A DNA stretch of 64,000 bases. Source: Dehalococcoidia bacterium (GTDB taxonomy: Bacteria > Chloroflexota > Dehalococcoidia > Plut-88900). The notes beneath the pieces were generated by a model. That model ran no database searches. It was not told where the DNA came from and saw only the letters and a list, made by a program, of their open reading frames with translations. Positions 51,113-61,034 of this stretch are shown here, piece by piece (position 1 is the stretch's first letter; each line of letters opens with the position of its first letter). Both the position numbers and the translations under genes were made by a program. The stretch is taken from NCBI GenBank assembly GCA_965249275.1, contig CBDFLQ010000005.1, forward strand, positions 672,001 through 736,000, written 5' to 3'.

Positions 51113-51165
51113 CTTCCTGCAGGCGGCTTATCGGCCGCTACGAATGGTCCATAAGCTACCTCCAG
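51113..51165 (-). promoter_or_regulatory. Conserved leader: SD + 4-codon uORF (MDHS*) + complementary strand
   Basis: Also at 52665-52716 and 54239-54283. Confidence 0.55.
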
Positions 51166-51303
51166 AACGGGTAACATGGCCGGGAAACGGCTGTGGTCTT
51201 TCTAAAGGCCGGTCGAGAGAGGGTGAGAGCCCAAGGTGCGAGTAACTATTGTGGGGGGCCGATCATACGACCGGCCCCCCACTTTTGGATTGCCTAGAAC
51301 TAT

Positions 51304-52614
51304 TTAATACTTGCCCTGAACTTCGAACCAGATTTCTGCCTGTGCTCCGCCAATGGCTCCATCCGCCGCCTCATCCATTAGGATGGCGTAGGGAAGGTTA
51401 GCGTCTGCGGTAGGCAGGTAGGGCCTGTGGGCGTCGTATTCAGGCGCTGCGAGGAAGGGAGCGGACTTTAGGTTCGTAGGCCCGTAGGGCTGGTAGAGGG
51501 CCTGGCTGGCCGCGATTTCCGGATGCTGGGCCCATGCGAAGAACAGGTTGATCAGTTCCCATCTCTCGGGCTCCTGCTCTGCCAGCCCCCTGGGGGACCA
51601 CCAGTTGTCGGTCAGCACGTCGTGGCCACACTCCCAGCAGAGATGCCCGTTTAGACCGCCGTTTACAATAGCGTCAAAGCCTACACCGTTGTCGGTCTCG
51701 CAAATGTCGACATCACCCGAACTGATCAACGCCGTACACTCGACGCTAGGGAAAAACACGTCAATATTCGGGATTATTCGTTCCCTGGTTATCTCCCATG
51801 CCTTGTCGAGCTGCTCGGGGCTCATAGCCGAGAGGGATGCGCGGCCTTCTTCCGTATCCAAGAGAGTGGGATCATCCACTAGCAGTGCGAAGCGGACCCT
51901 GTGCTTCCAGGCCCAGTCCGCACCAACCAATCCGCGCCGGCCGGGGAACTTTTCCACATCGAAGATGTCGGCCATGGTCTTGGGTCCGTTATCGCCGTAG
52001 GTATCCGCGCTCCAAATGAACAAATGGGAGAAGGCGGAGCCTCCGCCGCCGATCCAAGGGGCGTCCCTTATGTGGGGGAATAGGTCACTTTTGTCCACGA
52101 TGGCCGGGTTGAGCTCTTCGAGGACTCCTTCGAGGCCCATAGTGATGGAAGCCTGGCCGGAGCCGTCGATGATGTCCCAGGTGATGTTGCCAGTGTGGGC
52201 CATGGCCCTGACCTTGGCGTAGTCCGGGGGGCCGTCCTCGACAATCTCGACGCCGAACTCCGTGGCGAAGGGGATCAGGAATGCCTGCCGCTGCATGGCC
52301 TGGTAGGCAGATCCCCAGGATGCGAAGGTGAAGCTGCCGCCGCGGTGGGCCGCCAGGGCTGCCACTACTTCGTCATGGGTGCCGGGGCTGTCTGCGGTCC
52401 ATTCGCTTATGGGGCGCAGACCGGTGGAGGGTTCATCCGGCTCTTCCTCCATCATCGCTGTGGGCGTAGGCTCGGGCATTGCCTCCTCGGCTTCAGGAGT
52501 AGCCGTGGCTGACTCCCCGCAAGCGGCAATGATGAGCATGGCAACAAGGGCGAGGGACAAAAGCCCAAGGACCAGCCATTTCTTACTTCTATAGACGGGA
52601 ACGGAATGTGTCAT
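51304..52614 (-). CDS. ABC solute-binding lipoprotein, copy 2
   Basis: Close paralog of 49735-51051. Confidence 0.88.
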   Translation of the reverse strand: MTHSVPVYRSKKWLVLGLLSLALVAMLIIAACGESATATPEAEEAMPEPTPTAMMEEEPDEPSTGLRPISEWTADSPGTHDEVVAALAAHRGGSFTFASWGSAYQAMQRQAFLIPFATEFGVEIVEDGPPDYAKVRAMAHTGNITWDIIDGSGQASITMGLEGVLEELNPAIVDKSDLFPHIRDAPWIGGGGSAFSHLFIWSADTYGDNGPKTMADIFDVEKFPGRRGLVGADWAWKHRVRFALLVDDPTLLDTEEGRASLSAMSPEQLDKAWEITRERIIPNIDVFFPSVECTALISSGDVDICETDNGVGFDAIVNGGLNGHLCWECGHDVLTDNWWSPRGLAEQEPERWELINLFFAWAQHPEIAASQALYQPYGPTNLKSAPFLAAPEYDAHRPYLPTADANLPYAILMDEAADGAIGGAQAEIWFEVQGKY

Positions 52615-52854
52615 ATTCTTACCTTTCAGCTAATGCTAACCGATACATTCGGAAGGTCTGGGCGCTTCCTGCAGATAGCTTGTCTGCCACTATGGATAGT
52701 CTATAAGCTGCCTCCCGAAAGGGGTGAGTGCCCAGAGACGGCTGCACCCTTGCGATGAACCAACGGGGCAAGGTGAGCCCTAAAAGGGCGAATTACCGCT
52801 ACGGGGGGCCGGTCGTATGACCGGCCCCCCGACTTTAGGCTTGCCTGCAACTAC

Positions 52855-54177
52855 TTAATTCTTGCCCTGAACTTCGAACCAAATTTCCGCTTGGGCACCG
52901 CCGATCTCTCCGTCAGACGCCTCGTCCATGAGGATGGCGTAGGGAAGGTTGGCGTCGGCGGTGGGCAGGTACGGCCTTATTCTGTCGAACTCAGGCGCAT
53001 CGAGGTAGGGCGCCGACTTCAGGTTGGTCGGCCCGAAGGGCTGGTAGAGTGCCTGGCTGGCCGCGATTTCCGGGTGCTGGGTCCAGGCGAAGAACAGGTT
53101 AATGAGCTCCCACCTCTGCGGGTCCTCCTCCTTGATGCCTTTGATAACCCACCAGTTGTCGGTCAGCACGTCGTGCCCGCACTCCCAGCAGGCCCCGACA
53201 TTGAAATCTTCCTCCACGATGCCATTGAATGCGGCTCCGTTGTCCCCCTGGCAGATGTCAACCTCCCCGGAGTCGAGGAAGGCGATGCATTCGTAGATGC
53301 CGGCAGTAAAGATGTCGATAACTGGGATGAACTGCTCTTCAACTATCTGCCAGCCGGTATCCAACTGCTCGGGAGACATGGCTGATAGCGAAGCCCTGCC
53401 CTCTTCGGTCTCAATCAGCGTGGGGTCGGTGGCCAGGTGGGCCCAGCGCACCATGTGCTTCCAGTTCCAGTCCTGGGGAATCATTCCGCGTATGCCGGGG
53501 AACTTATCCCTGTCCAGGTAGTCGGCCCAGCTGGAGGGCTGAGGCCCGCCGTCCGGGTAGGTGTCCGTGCTGTACATCAGGACCATGGAGTAGGCGGAGC
53601 CTCCGCCACCGATCCACGGCGCGTCACGGATGTGGGGGAACAGGTCTTCCTTGTTGATGATGGACTCGTCGAGCTCTTCCAGCACGCCCTCGAGACCCAT
53701 GGTGACGCCGGCCTGGCCGGAGCCATCGACTATGTCCCAAGTTACATTGCCGGTGTGGGCCATGGCGCGTACCTTGGCGTAGTCGGGAGGGCCGTCTTCG
53801 ATGATGTTCACGCCGAACTTCTCGGCGAAGGGGATCAGGAACGCCTGGCGCTGCATCTCCTGGTAAGAGCCTCCCCAGGAAACGAAGGTGAAGGAGCCGC
53901 CCTCGTGGGCCGACAGCGCCGCCTCGATCTCCTCGTGTGTGGCGGGGTTATCGACGGTCCACTCGCTCACGGGTCTTAGAGCGGTGGACGAATCATCCGG
54001 CTCATCCTCTTCCATCATCGCTGTAGGGGTAGGCTCAGGCATTGCGTCTTCGGTTTCCGGGGTGGCGGTGGCGGACTCGCCGCAAGCTGCAACGATGAGC
54101 AGTGCTACCAAGGCGAGGGACACAAGGCTCAACGCCAGCCACCTCTTTTTCCTATATAACGAGATCGTGTGACTCAT
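52855..54177 (-). CDS. ABC solute-binding lipoprotein, copy 3
   Basis: Paralog; GGAGG RBS before MSHT. Confidence 0.88.
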   Translation of the reverse strand: MSHTISLYRKKRWLALSLVSLALVALLIVAACGESATATPETEDAMPEPTPTAMMEEDEPDDSSTALRPVSEWTVDNPATHEEIEAALSAHEGGSFTFVSWGGSYQEMQRQAFLIPFAEKFGVNIIEDGPPDYAKVRAMAHTGNVTWDIVDGSGQAGVTMGLEGVLEELDESIINKEDLFPHIRDAPWIGGGGSAYSMVLMYSTDTYPDGGPQPSSWADYLDRDKFPGIRGMIPQDWNWKHMVRWAHLATDPTLIETEEGRASLSAMSPEQLDTGWQIVEEQFIPVIDIFTAGIYECIAFLDSGEVDICQGDNGAAFNGIVEEDFNVGACWECGHDVLTDNWWVIKGIKEEDPQRWELINLFFAWTQHPEIAASQALYQPFGPTNLKSAPYLDAPEFDRIRPYLPTADANLPYAILMDEASDGEIGGAQAEIWFEVQGKN

Positions 54178-54568
54178 ACTTAAAATTCTCCTCCAAAGTG
54201 ATAGTAGCAGTGTCAAGAAGATGCACGCACCCTCTCCCAGGCGGCTTAATTGCCGCTATGGATCGTCCATAATCCACCTCCAGGATAGGAGCGAACACCC
54301 AAGGACAGTACATGCTAGCTAAGTAGCGAATCAGGCCGGGAAAGGTGGTGAGAAGGGGGAAGAGGGTGGTGATTCTGGGCGTCTGTTCAGGACTCGGCAG
54401 CGGGATCCGGGGTCACCTTTCTGCAATGGCCAATGACGCTAATTATGGTTTTGGATTATATGGAGCAGTATGGGGATAGTCAAATGGGGAGAGGGTGAGT
54501 ACAAGGCCTGCTCATAGGCGGGAGGGCAGGCACAAGACCTGCCCGTACGGGGGAGGGGGCTGCCTTGG

Positions 54569-55735
54569 CTAGGATGTGAGGCGATAGAGGTCTATGGCGT
54601 TGAGGCCCAGAACGTTGGCCTGGGCGTCGGGGGGGAGGGGTTTCAGGCTCTCTCGCAACTCATCGACGGCGCCGAGCATGCCCTCCGAGTGGGGGAAGTC
54701 GGCGCCCCACATGAATTTGTTAGAACCGAACCTCTCGACGACCAGGGGGGCGAGCTCTTCGTCGGGGTCCATGGAGGTCCAGACCTGGCGCTTAAAATAC
54801 TCGGTGGGGTACATCGACATCTCGTTGGTTCCGGGGAAGGCATCGAGTATGCCGTCCATCCTTTCGAACCAGTAGAGCATCCACGCGCTGCCCGTCTCCA
54901 GGAGCACGACCTTGAGGTCAGGGAACCTATCAAAGACGCGTCCGGCGATCATGCTGCCGAAGCCGAGGTGAACGGCGGGGGGTTCTTGAAGCACGAAATA
55001 CCAGATATCGGAGTCGGGGAGGTCATTGAGCGTGGTGTTCGGGAAGTTCGGGTTGTAGAAGGGGTAGAGCCCGCCGACAACGTGCAGAGTCACGGGTATT
55101 TGAAGCTCTTCAGCGGCTGCCCAAAAGGGGTCGAAGGCCGGGTCTCCGTAAGAGCGGCCGTTAAGAGGGAACCCGCTGATGAGGGCTGCTGTTACGCCTC
55201 GCTCCGCGACCCGGCGCAGCTCAGCGGTGCCTTCCGCTATGTCCAGGAGTGTGATGTGGGCGATGGGCTTGAGGCGGTCCGGGTAGTCGCTGCAGAAGTC
55301 GAAGACGTATTCGTTGTAGGCACGGGCGTAGGCGGCGGCTACTTTGGGGTCCCGAACGTCGGTTTCCCAGTGGAGGCCGAGGGTCGGGTAGATGAAGGAG
55401 GTGTCGATGCCTTCCTGATCGAGGACCTGGACTCGGGGGCCGGGTTGGTGGGAGGCGGGAACGTTGATCAGGCCCTGCTCATAGGTCACAGCTCCCGGCT
55501 TCAGGTAGAGGTCCCTCTTCTCCTCGATGGACTTGCCCGCGGCCATGCGTCCGAAGCGGCCTTCCCGGAGGAAGAGGTTATGGGGCATTCGGCCCTCGAC
55601 GCTCATGTATTCCAGGCCGCGATCGTCGACTTGGATAGAGAGGGCCAAGTCCCGGTATTTCGGGTCCAGATACTCGGCCATTAGGGGCAGGTTTTCCCAG
55701 ATGTGGCTGTCTATGTCTATGACGGGTCCCGGCAT
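54569..55735 (-). CDS. Amidohydrolase family 2 protein
   Basis: DIDSHIWE, YPTLGL, PVTLH, LETG, WGADFPHSE. Confidence 0.9.
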   Translation of the reverse strand: MPGPVIDIDSHIWENLPLMAEYLDPKYRDLALSIQVDDRGLEYMSVEGRMPHNLFLREGRFGRMAAGKSIEEKRDLYLKPGAVTYEQGLINVPASHQPGPRVQVLDQEGIDTSFIYPTLGLHWETDVRDPKVAAAYARAYNEYVFDFCSDYPDRLKPIAHITLLDIAEGTAELRRVAERGVTAALISGFPLNGRSYGDPAFDPFWAAAEELQIPVTLHVVGGLYPFYNPNFPNTTLNDLPDSDIWYFVLQEPPAVHLGFGSMIAGRVFDRFPDLKVVLLETGSAWMLYWFERMDGILDAFPGTNEMSMYPTEYFKRQVWTSMDPDEELAPLVVERFGSNKFMWGADFPHSEGMLGAVDELRESLKPLPPDAQANVLGLNAIDLYRLTS

Positions 55736-55884
55736 GGGGGTGTTCCTCCCTCGTATTGGGGTTGAGGCGCGGCTTTATGCTATCGGTGATGGGGGTGTGG
55801 GGTCAAACGGGGGGAGGGATGGATTCACGCCTCGGCGCATCTTCGACCGGCTCGGGGGCCGGGATGACACCATAAGAGAAGTTG

Positions 55885-56253
55885 CTAGTTGGTGGTGAGG
55901 TCGACTTTGATGAGGGGGGCGCCGGTGACGCGGGCATCCAGCTGGTCCAGGGTATCCTGTTTGGAGCAGATGGCATGAAGGATTCTGCGCTTTTCTGCGG
56001 GGTCGGTGATGGGGGTGGCGAGGGCGGGGAGGTCGGCGACGGCAGTCTCTTTGAGGTGAAAGGTCAGACGGGGGTCGACGAGGATATTGGCGTACCAGCC
56101 TCGGGTGCCGGGGAGGCCGGTAATGTAGAGGATGCCGTCCAGGTTGTGGAACCAGATCTCGACCCGGTGGGCGTCGCCGCTCTTTCTGCCGGTGGTTGTG
56201 ATATCGATGATTAGGTCTTTTCCCAAGGCCTGTTGGACATTGGGGTCGAGCAT
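55885..56253 (-). CDS. Deazaflavin (F420)-dependent nitroreductase-family protein, copy 1
   Basis: ITTTGRKSG..RVEIWF, WYANI..DP. Confidence 0.8.
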   Translation of the reverse strand: MLDPNVQQALGKDLIIDITTTGRKSGDAHRVEIWFHNLDGILYITGLPGTRGWYANILVDPRLTFHLKETAVADLPALATPITDPAEKRRILHAICSKQDTLDQLDARVTGAPLIKVDLTTN

Positions 56254-56311
56254 GACGTCGGTTCTCCTATGCGGGGGCAACGGTCCAGCCGATTCGGTTT
56301 GAAGTTGGAGC

Positions 56312-56686
56312 TTATCCGGCTTCGAGGCGTACTCTTATCAAAGGGGATTCAGCGACTCGGGCTTCGAGAAGCTCCGGCTCACCCAAGTTATCGCATATCC
56401 GCTCCAAGACTCTGTGTCTTTCCGCGGCGTCGGTTATCGGAGTAACGAGGGCAGGGAGGTCGGCTTTTGTTGTCCCTTTGAGATGGAAGGTCAATCGAGG
56501 GTCGTTGAGGATATTGGCATACCAAGCCCGGGTCCCGGGCAAGAGCAGGCCGGCGATGTAGAGTGAGCCATCCAGGTTATGAAACCAGATCTCGACCCGG
56601 CGGGGTGAGCCGCTCTTCTTGCCTGTGGTGGTGATATCGATGATGAGGTCTTTTTCCAAGGCCTCTTGGACTTTGGGGTCGAGCAT
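56312..56686 (-). CDS. Deazaflavin (F420)-dependent nitroreductase-family protein, copy 2
   Basis: Tandem paralog sharing the same RBS (AGGAGAACCGACGTCATG). Confidence 0.8.
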   Translation of the reverse strand: MLDPKVQEALEKDLIIDITTTGKKSGSPRRVEIWFHNLDGSLYIAGLLLPGTRAWYANILNDPRLTFHLKGTTKADLPALVTPITDAAERHRVLERICDNLGEPELLEARVAESPLIRVRLEAG

Positions 56687-56819
56687 GACGTCGGTTCTCC
56701 TAGTGCGGCTTGAAAGAAATCTAACAGGCCCCGTATCCGTTGTCACCTGCCCACGGGACGGGTGCGGTTGACACCGCGAGAATCGGACACTTAACATCGT
56801 GAGCGGAGGGGAGATTAAG

Positions 56820-57245
56820 ATGTCTGTTTTTCCGTCCGTCGAGTGGTTTGAGGAGGTCAGGGAGGTTGTGAACCCGAGCAAGGAGTTCCGGGCCCTGGGC
56901 AACTGTGACGCGAACATGGGGGTGAAGGTAGGGGACAGGGCCTTCTCCCTGAAGTTCGAGGCGTTTTCCTGCGAGGAAGTGTCCGAGATTGGTGCCGAGG
57001 GGCTGGCGGACCTGGACTTCTACCTGGAGATGTCGTCGAAGGACTGGCGGGAGTTGCTCAGCAATATCGAGTCCAACGGCAAGGCAGATGGGGAGCATAG
57101 CTTGAACACTCTTGACCTGACGCGGGAGGGTGGGATTTTGCGGGTCAAGGATGACTTTCTGCGGCAATCTTTTCTTCGATATCACCTTTCGTTCCAAGCC
57201 TATTTCGACGCTTCTGCCCAAGTGGAGACAGTCTTCGCCTCTTAG
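56820..57245 (+). CDS. Hypothetical protein, possibly SCP2-like fold
   Basis: N-terminal FPSVEWF..V...N motif and DLDFYLE....W. Confidence 0.6.
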   Translation: MSVFPSVEWFEEVREVVNPSKEFRALGNCDANMGVKVGDRAFSLKFEAFSCEEVSEIGAEGLADLDFYLEMSSKDWRELLSNIESNGKADGEHSLNTLDLTREGGILRVKDDFLRQSFLRYHLSFQAYFDASAQVETVFAS

Positions 57246-57254
57246 GTCGACCTT

Positions 57255-57539
57255 ATGCCACTGTACGAATACAAGTGCCTCGGGTGCCAGCATGTGACCA
57301 GCCGTTATTGGCGCAACTTTTCACCGCCTGAAACGATCGCTTGCGAGGGGTGTGGGGACGCTGGAGCGGAGCGGCGGTTCTCGACCTTCGCCTTTCACAA
57401 GTCTGCGGAGACGAAGATGGCGGAACTTGACCCGAAGTACGACAAGATGGTCGACGAGGCGTTCAAAAACTCGCCTGCCACGTCGGACCCCCAGCATTAC
57501 TTGGACAAGATGGCATCATTCGACGGCGTACCGGACTAG
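57255..57539 (+). CDS. FmdB-family zinc ribbon protein
   Basis: MPLYEYKCLGC...CEGCG..RRFS. Confidence 0.85.
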   Translation: MPLYEYKCLGCQHVTSRYWRNFSPPETIACEGCGDAGAERRFSTFAFHKSAETKMAELDPKYDKMVDEAFKNSPATSDPQHYLDKMASFDGVPD

Positions 57540-57569
57540 GGCATCTCCCCACTGCGCTAAACTAGGCCG

Positions 57570-58772
57570 ATGAGCATGGAAGTCGGGGTGTGGGTGGGAG
57601 CCGGTTTATCAGTTTCCGCATTACTTGCCTGGGGCTGGCTTACGCTTTTCAGAGGCCGGTTCTGGGCGACGGACCAACGGCTAGAAGTTCTACAGGCCAA
57701 GGAAGGTGGTTCCTGGCCGGGGGTCGTGGCGGTGATCCCGGCCCGGAATGAGTCCGAGGTCATTAGTCAAACAATTCCAACAGTCCTTGCCCAACGCTAC
57801 CCGGGTCCTGTGTCGGTCTATCTAGTTGACGACCGGAGTTCGGATGGAACTGCTGATATCGCTAAGGCCGCCGCCAGAGAAGCCTACAAAGGGTTTTCCT
57901 TCAAAGTGGTGATGGGCAAGGAAAGACCCGAGGGGTGGGCGGGGAAGGTGTGGGCACTGCAACAGGGCGTCGAGGCGGCAAAGACAGTCGACCATGAATA
58001 TTTCTGGTTCACCGATGCGGATATAGCCCACAGACCGAATGTGTTGGCGTCTCTCGTGGCGCGGGCGGAGGAAGAGGGGTTGGATATGGTCTCGGTGATG
58101 GCGAAGCTGCATGTGTCTACCTTCTGGGACAGGCTTCTCATACCAGCCTTTGTGTTCTTCTTCGGGAAGCTATATCCATTTCACTGGGTGAACGATCACG
58201 AGAAGAGTATGGCAGCCGCGGCGGGAGGATGTGTGCTGGTGAGGAAAGAACGGCTGGTGGAGGGTGGGGGTTTTGAATCGATGAGGGACGCGATAATCGA
58301 CGACTGCACTCTTGCTCGGTTGGTACGCGGTCCTGAGGGTCGGGGGAGATTGTGGTTGGGGATGAGCCAGGAGGTGCAAAGCGTCCGGCCCTATGACGGG
58401 CTCAGAGGCATTTGGGACATGGTGGCGAGGACGGCTTACGTACAGCTACGTCACTCGCCGATCCTGTTGGCGGGTACGATTTTGGGGATGGTGTGGCTGT
58501 ATCTCGGGCCTCCGGCGGCAATGGGCGCAGGGATAGGGTTAGCTGCCGTTGGGGTATGGGACACGCCGACGTGGGTGTTGTTGGTCTCGGGAGCGGTGGG
58601 GTGGGGGCTAATGTCGGCGATATACACGCCGATGTTGAAGTGGTACGGGCTGAACCGTTGTTGCGGACTACTGCTGCCTACGGCCGGCCTTCTGTACACG
58701 CTGATGACCGTGGACTCGGGGCGGAGGTACTGGATGAGAAGGGGCGGGGGGTGGAAGGGGCGGACCTACTAA
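57570..58772 (+). CDS. GT2 glycosyltransferase, HpnB-like
   Basis: PARNE, VDDRSSDGT, GWAGKVWA, TDADI, AAAGGCVL, IIDDCTLA, MVARTAY.QL, GGGWKGR. Confidence 0.85.
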   Translation: MSMEVGVWVGAGLSVSALLAWGWLTLFRGRFWATDQRLEVLQAKEGGSWPGVVAVIPARNESEVISQTIPTVLAQRYPGPVSVYLVDDRSSDGTADIAKAAAREAYKGFSFKVVMGKERPEGWAGKVWALQQGVEAAKTVDHEYFWFTDADIAHRPNVLASLVARAEEEGLDMVSVMAKLHVSTFWDRLLIPAFVFFFGKLYPFHWVNDHEKSMAAAAGGCVLVRKERLVEGGGFESMRDAIIDDCTLARLVRGPEGRGRLWLGMSQEVQSVRPYDGLRGIWDMVARTAYVQLRHSPILLAGTILGMVWLYLGPPAAMGAGIGLAAVGVWDTPTWVLLVSGAVGWGLMSAIYTPMLKWYGLNRCCGLLLPTAGLLYTLMTVDSGRRYWMRRGGGWKGRTY

Positions 58773-58784
58773 GCCAAGTGCCGG

Positions 58785-60026
58785 TCAGACCAGCTCTCGG
58801 GGGCGGCGGTCCCATTCGGCGGGGAGGAAGAAGGCAGCGATGGTCAGTGTTACTCCGGCCATACCCACGATGGTCAGTGCAAGGCGCCGGTCGTCGGAGA
58901 GTTCGTGAAGTACCCCCGCCGCTATGGGGCCGCTCATAGCTCCGACCATCAAAGCCGTCCTTAAGAATCCCATCGCCACGGCGATCTCCCGGGTCCGGAT
59001 GCCCTTCAATTGGAAGGGTATGGTGAATATCACCGGGAAGAAAGTGAAGCTGAGGCCGTGTAGCAGTGATAAGACCACCAAGACCGGGAAAGACCCGGAA
59101 TAGAGTAGGGCTACGGTAGTCACAGAAATCAACGCTCCGCCCACACGCAGAGCCGTTCTACGCTTACCAGTCTTGTTGACCATAAGGTTGATGCCCAGCC
59201 CGGAGGGACCGGCAACCATGCCGCCGATGGCCCAGATCAGGGCCGAAGTCTGGATATCAATGCCGTATGTGTCTTTCATGTGGCTGGGCCAGAAGGTGGC
59301 AAAGGAGGAAAAGGTCATCTCGACTCCCACCAATCCGATGGCCAAGAGCCACAGCTCCTTGTAGCGAAGGGCGCTCCTGATGGATACAGGCTCCTTACTT
59401 TCCTTTTCGGTCTCGGCGTCGGGCATGGGACGCTCTCTACCTACGACGAACCAGACCACGGCTAAAGCAATGGTTGCATAGCCGAGGACCTGCATAGTCT
59501 TGCGCCAATCGTCGTCCAGAGCCTTCAGGATGACCGGTATGAGGATAAATAACGCCGCGCCGATGCCCCAGAGCAGCTCAATAGAGGCGTTGGCAATCAG
59601 TATCTGCCGGGGCCGTATCCACATCCTGAGGAGCAGGGTCCGGGCGGGTTCTCTTAGGGTTATGGAGAGGCCGTATAGCAATCTCGCCAGCAGGACGAAG
59701 CCGTAGACGGGGGCCCAAGCCTGAAAGAAGATGACGCAGACTGCTCCAACAATGGAGACCAGGGTGAGCAGTTTGGGGGGGAAGCGGGAAAGGTAGAGCC
59801 CGAAAGGGATGGACAAAATGAGGACCGTCAGCTGGGGCGCTGCTCCGAGGAGGCCTTCCCGGACGGGGGTGAGATTGAGCTCCTCACGCATGGATGGCAG
59901 GAAAAGGCCCAGGGTCTCCATGACCAGATACCCCCACATGTGGATCGCCATCCAGGTGAGGATAACTACCCATCCGTAAATGGGGCTTTGGAGCGAATTG
60001 GCAATCCGCGGGACTGCTTGTGCCAT
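58785..60026 (-). CDS. MFS transporter
   Basis: About 12 hydrophobic segments, 413 aa. Confidence 0.8.
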   Translation of the reverse strand: MAQAVPRIANSLQSPIYGWVVILTWMAIHMWGYLVMETLGLFLPSMREELNLTPVREGLLGAAPQLTVLILSIPFGLYLSRFPPKLLTLVSIVGAVCVIFFQAWAPVYGFVLLARLLYGLSITLREPARTLLLRMWIRPRQILIANASIELLWGIGAALFILIPVILKALDDDWRKTMQVLGYATIALAVVWFVVGRERPMPDAETEKESKEPVSIRSALRYKELWLLAIGLVGVEMTFSSFATFWPSHMKDTYGIDIQTSALIWAIGGMVAGPSGLGINLMVNKTGKRRTALRVGGALISVTTVALLYSGSFPVLVVLSLLHGLSFTFFPVIFTIPFQLKGIRTREIAVAMGFLRTALMVGAMSGPIAAGVLHELSDDRRLALTIVGMAGVTLTIAAFFLPAEWDRRPRELV

Positions 60027-60264
60027 GATGCGGGCAATCCTAACACCGGCGGGGTGGGAGTGGGGCCTTAGCCTGAGAGAGTGGACTGCAATATCAATTA
60101 TTGCAGAGGATTCTTTTGTACTGCCTGGCCGGTTAGGGCATGGGCCGCGATAGTAATGAGAGAGTCACTGGGTGATACAAATGCCCTTAGGCACAGAATG
60201 CCGGTGCCTCAACGGGCGTTCACGCGTGGGGTGGAAGGGACCTTGAACCGTAGCGTTAGTGGAG

Positions 60265-60627
60265 TTAACTTTCCGATGTATCGTCGGTAAGCGGGGTAAC
60301 CTCACCGATGGGGGCAGTTGGGTATCCAAGTTCCAGGGCTAGCCGGTAGCGGCCTTCCAAGCCAACCCAAACGTGAGCCGGGATTTCCAAAACCGCCTCC
60401 AATTCCACGGCTGTCCTTGGCGTCAGAGCCCTCTTGCCCAGGGCGATTTCGTTGATAACGTGGAGGGGGCGTTTCATTTCGGCGGCCAGACGCCTCTGGC
60501 TCATTCCTCGGGCCTCCAGCTCATCCTTAAGCATCAGCCCAGGTGGAATCGCGATTTTAGGCATTACCTGCGAAATGTCCGAGGAAGCCGGAATTTTGGG
60601 CACTCCTGTTTTGGCTTCAGTCGCCAT
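60265..60627 (-). CDS. higA: HigA family antitoxin
   Basis: PPGLMLKDELEARGMSQ..LA..INEI..GKRALT..W. Confidence 0.88.
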   Translation of the reverse strand: MATEAKTGVPKIPASSDISQVMPKIAIPPGLMLKDELEARGMSQRRLAAEMKRPLHVINEIALGKRALTPRTAVELEAVLEIPAHVWVGLEGRYRLALELGYPTAPIGEVTPLTDDTSES

Positions 60628-60913
60628 AGTGTGCACTCACCTCTCTAACAACTACCGATTGGTCACCAACCGGCTCGATTATCAATCGCCAGCGTCCCTG
60701 GAGGGTCATGGCCCATAAACCGCTCATGTTTCCCTTGAGGGGATGCACCCGAAGCGCTCGGGATTTCATCAGGGCCTGCAAACTGTCTGCTACAACCAAT
60801 AGCTCAATCCTGTTCACATACCTCAACCCAATGCTCGGCCCCCATTCACGAATTGCATCCGATGGATTGTAAAAGCGCCGTTCAAGTCTCTTGTTGGCAA
60901 AATCCACTTTCAC
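60617..60913 (-). CDS. higB: HigB (RelE-like) toxin
   Basis: HPLKGNMSGLWAM...RWRLI; upstream of and overlapping higA. Confidence 0.85.
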   Translation of the reverse strand: MKVDFANKRLERRFYNPSDAIREWGPSIGLRYVNRIELLVVADSLQALMKSRALRVHPLKGNMSGLWAMTLQGRWRLIIEPVGDQSVVVREVSAHYGD

Positions 60914-61034
60914 TACTGGAATAATGTACCACCATCGGTGGTACATAGACAAGGTGAAGTTAGTGGCGCGGGGGAGTCGCTCTTCTCCCTTAGCAGAAGC
61001 GAGGCCTTGCAGGTCGAAGTCGGCCCAGACGGGT

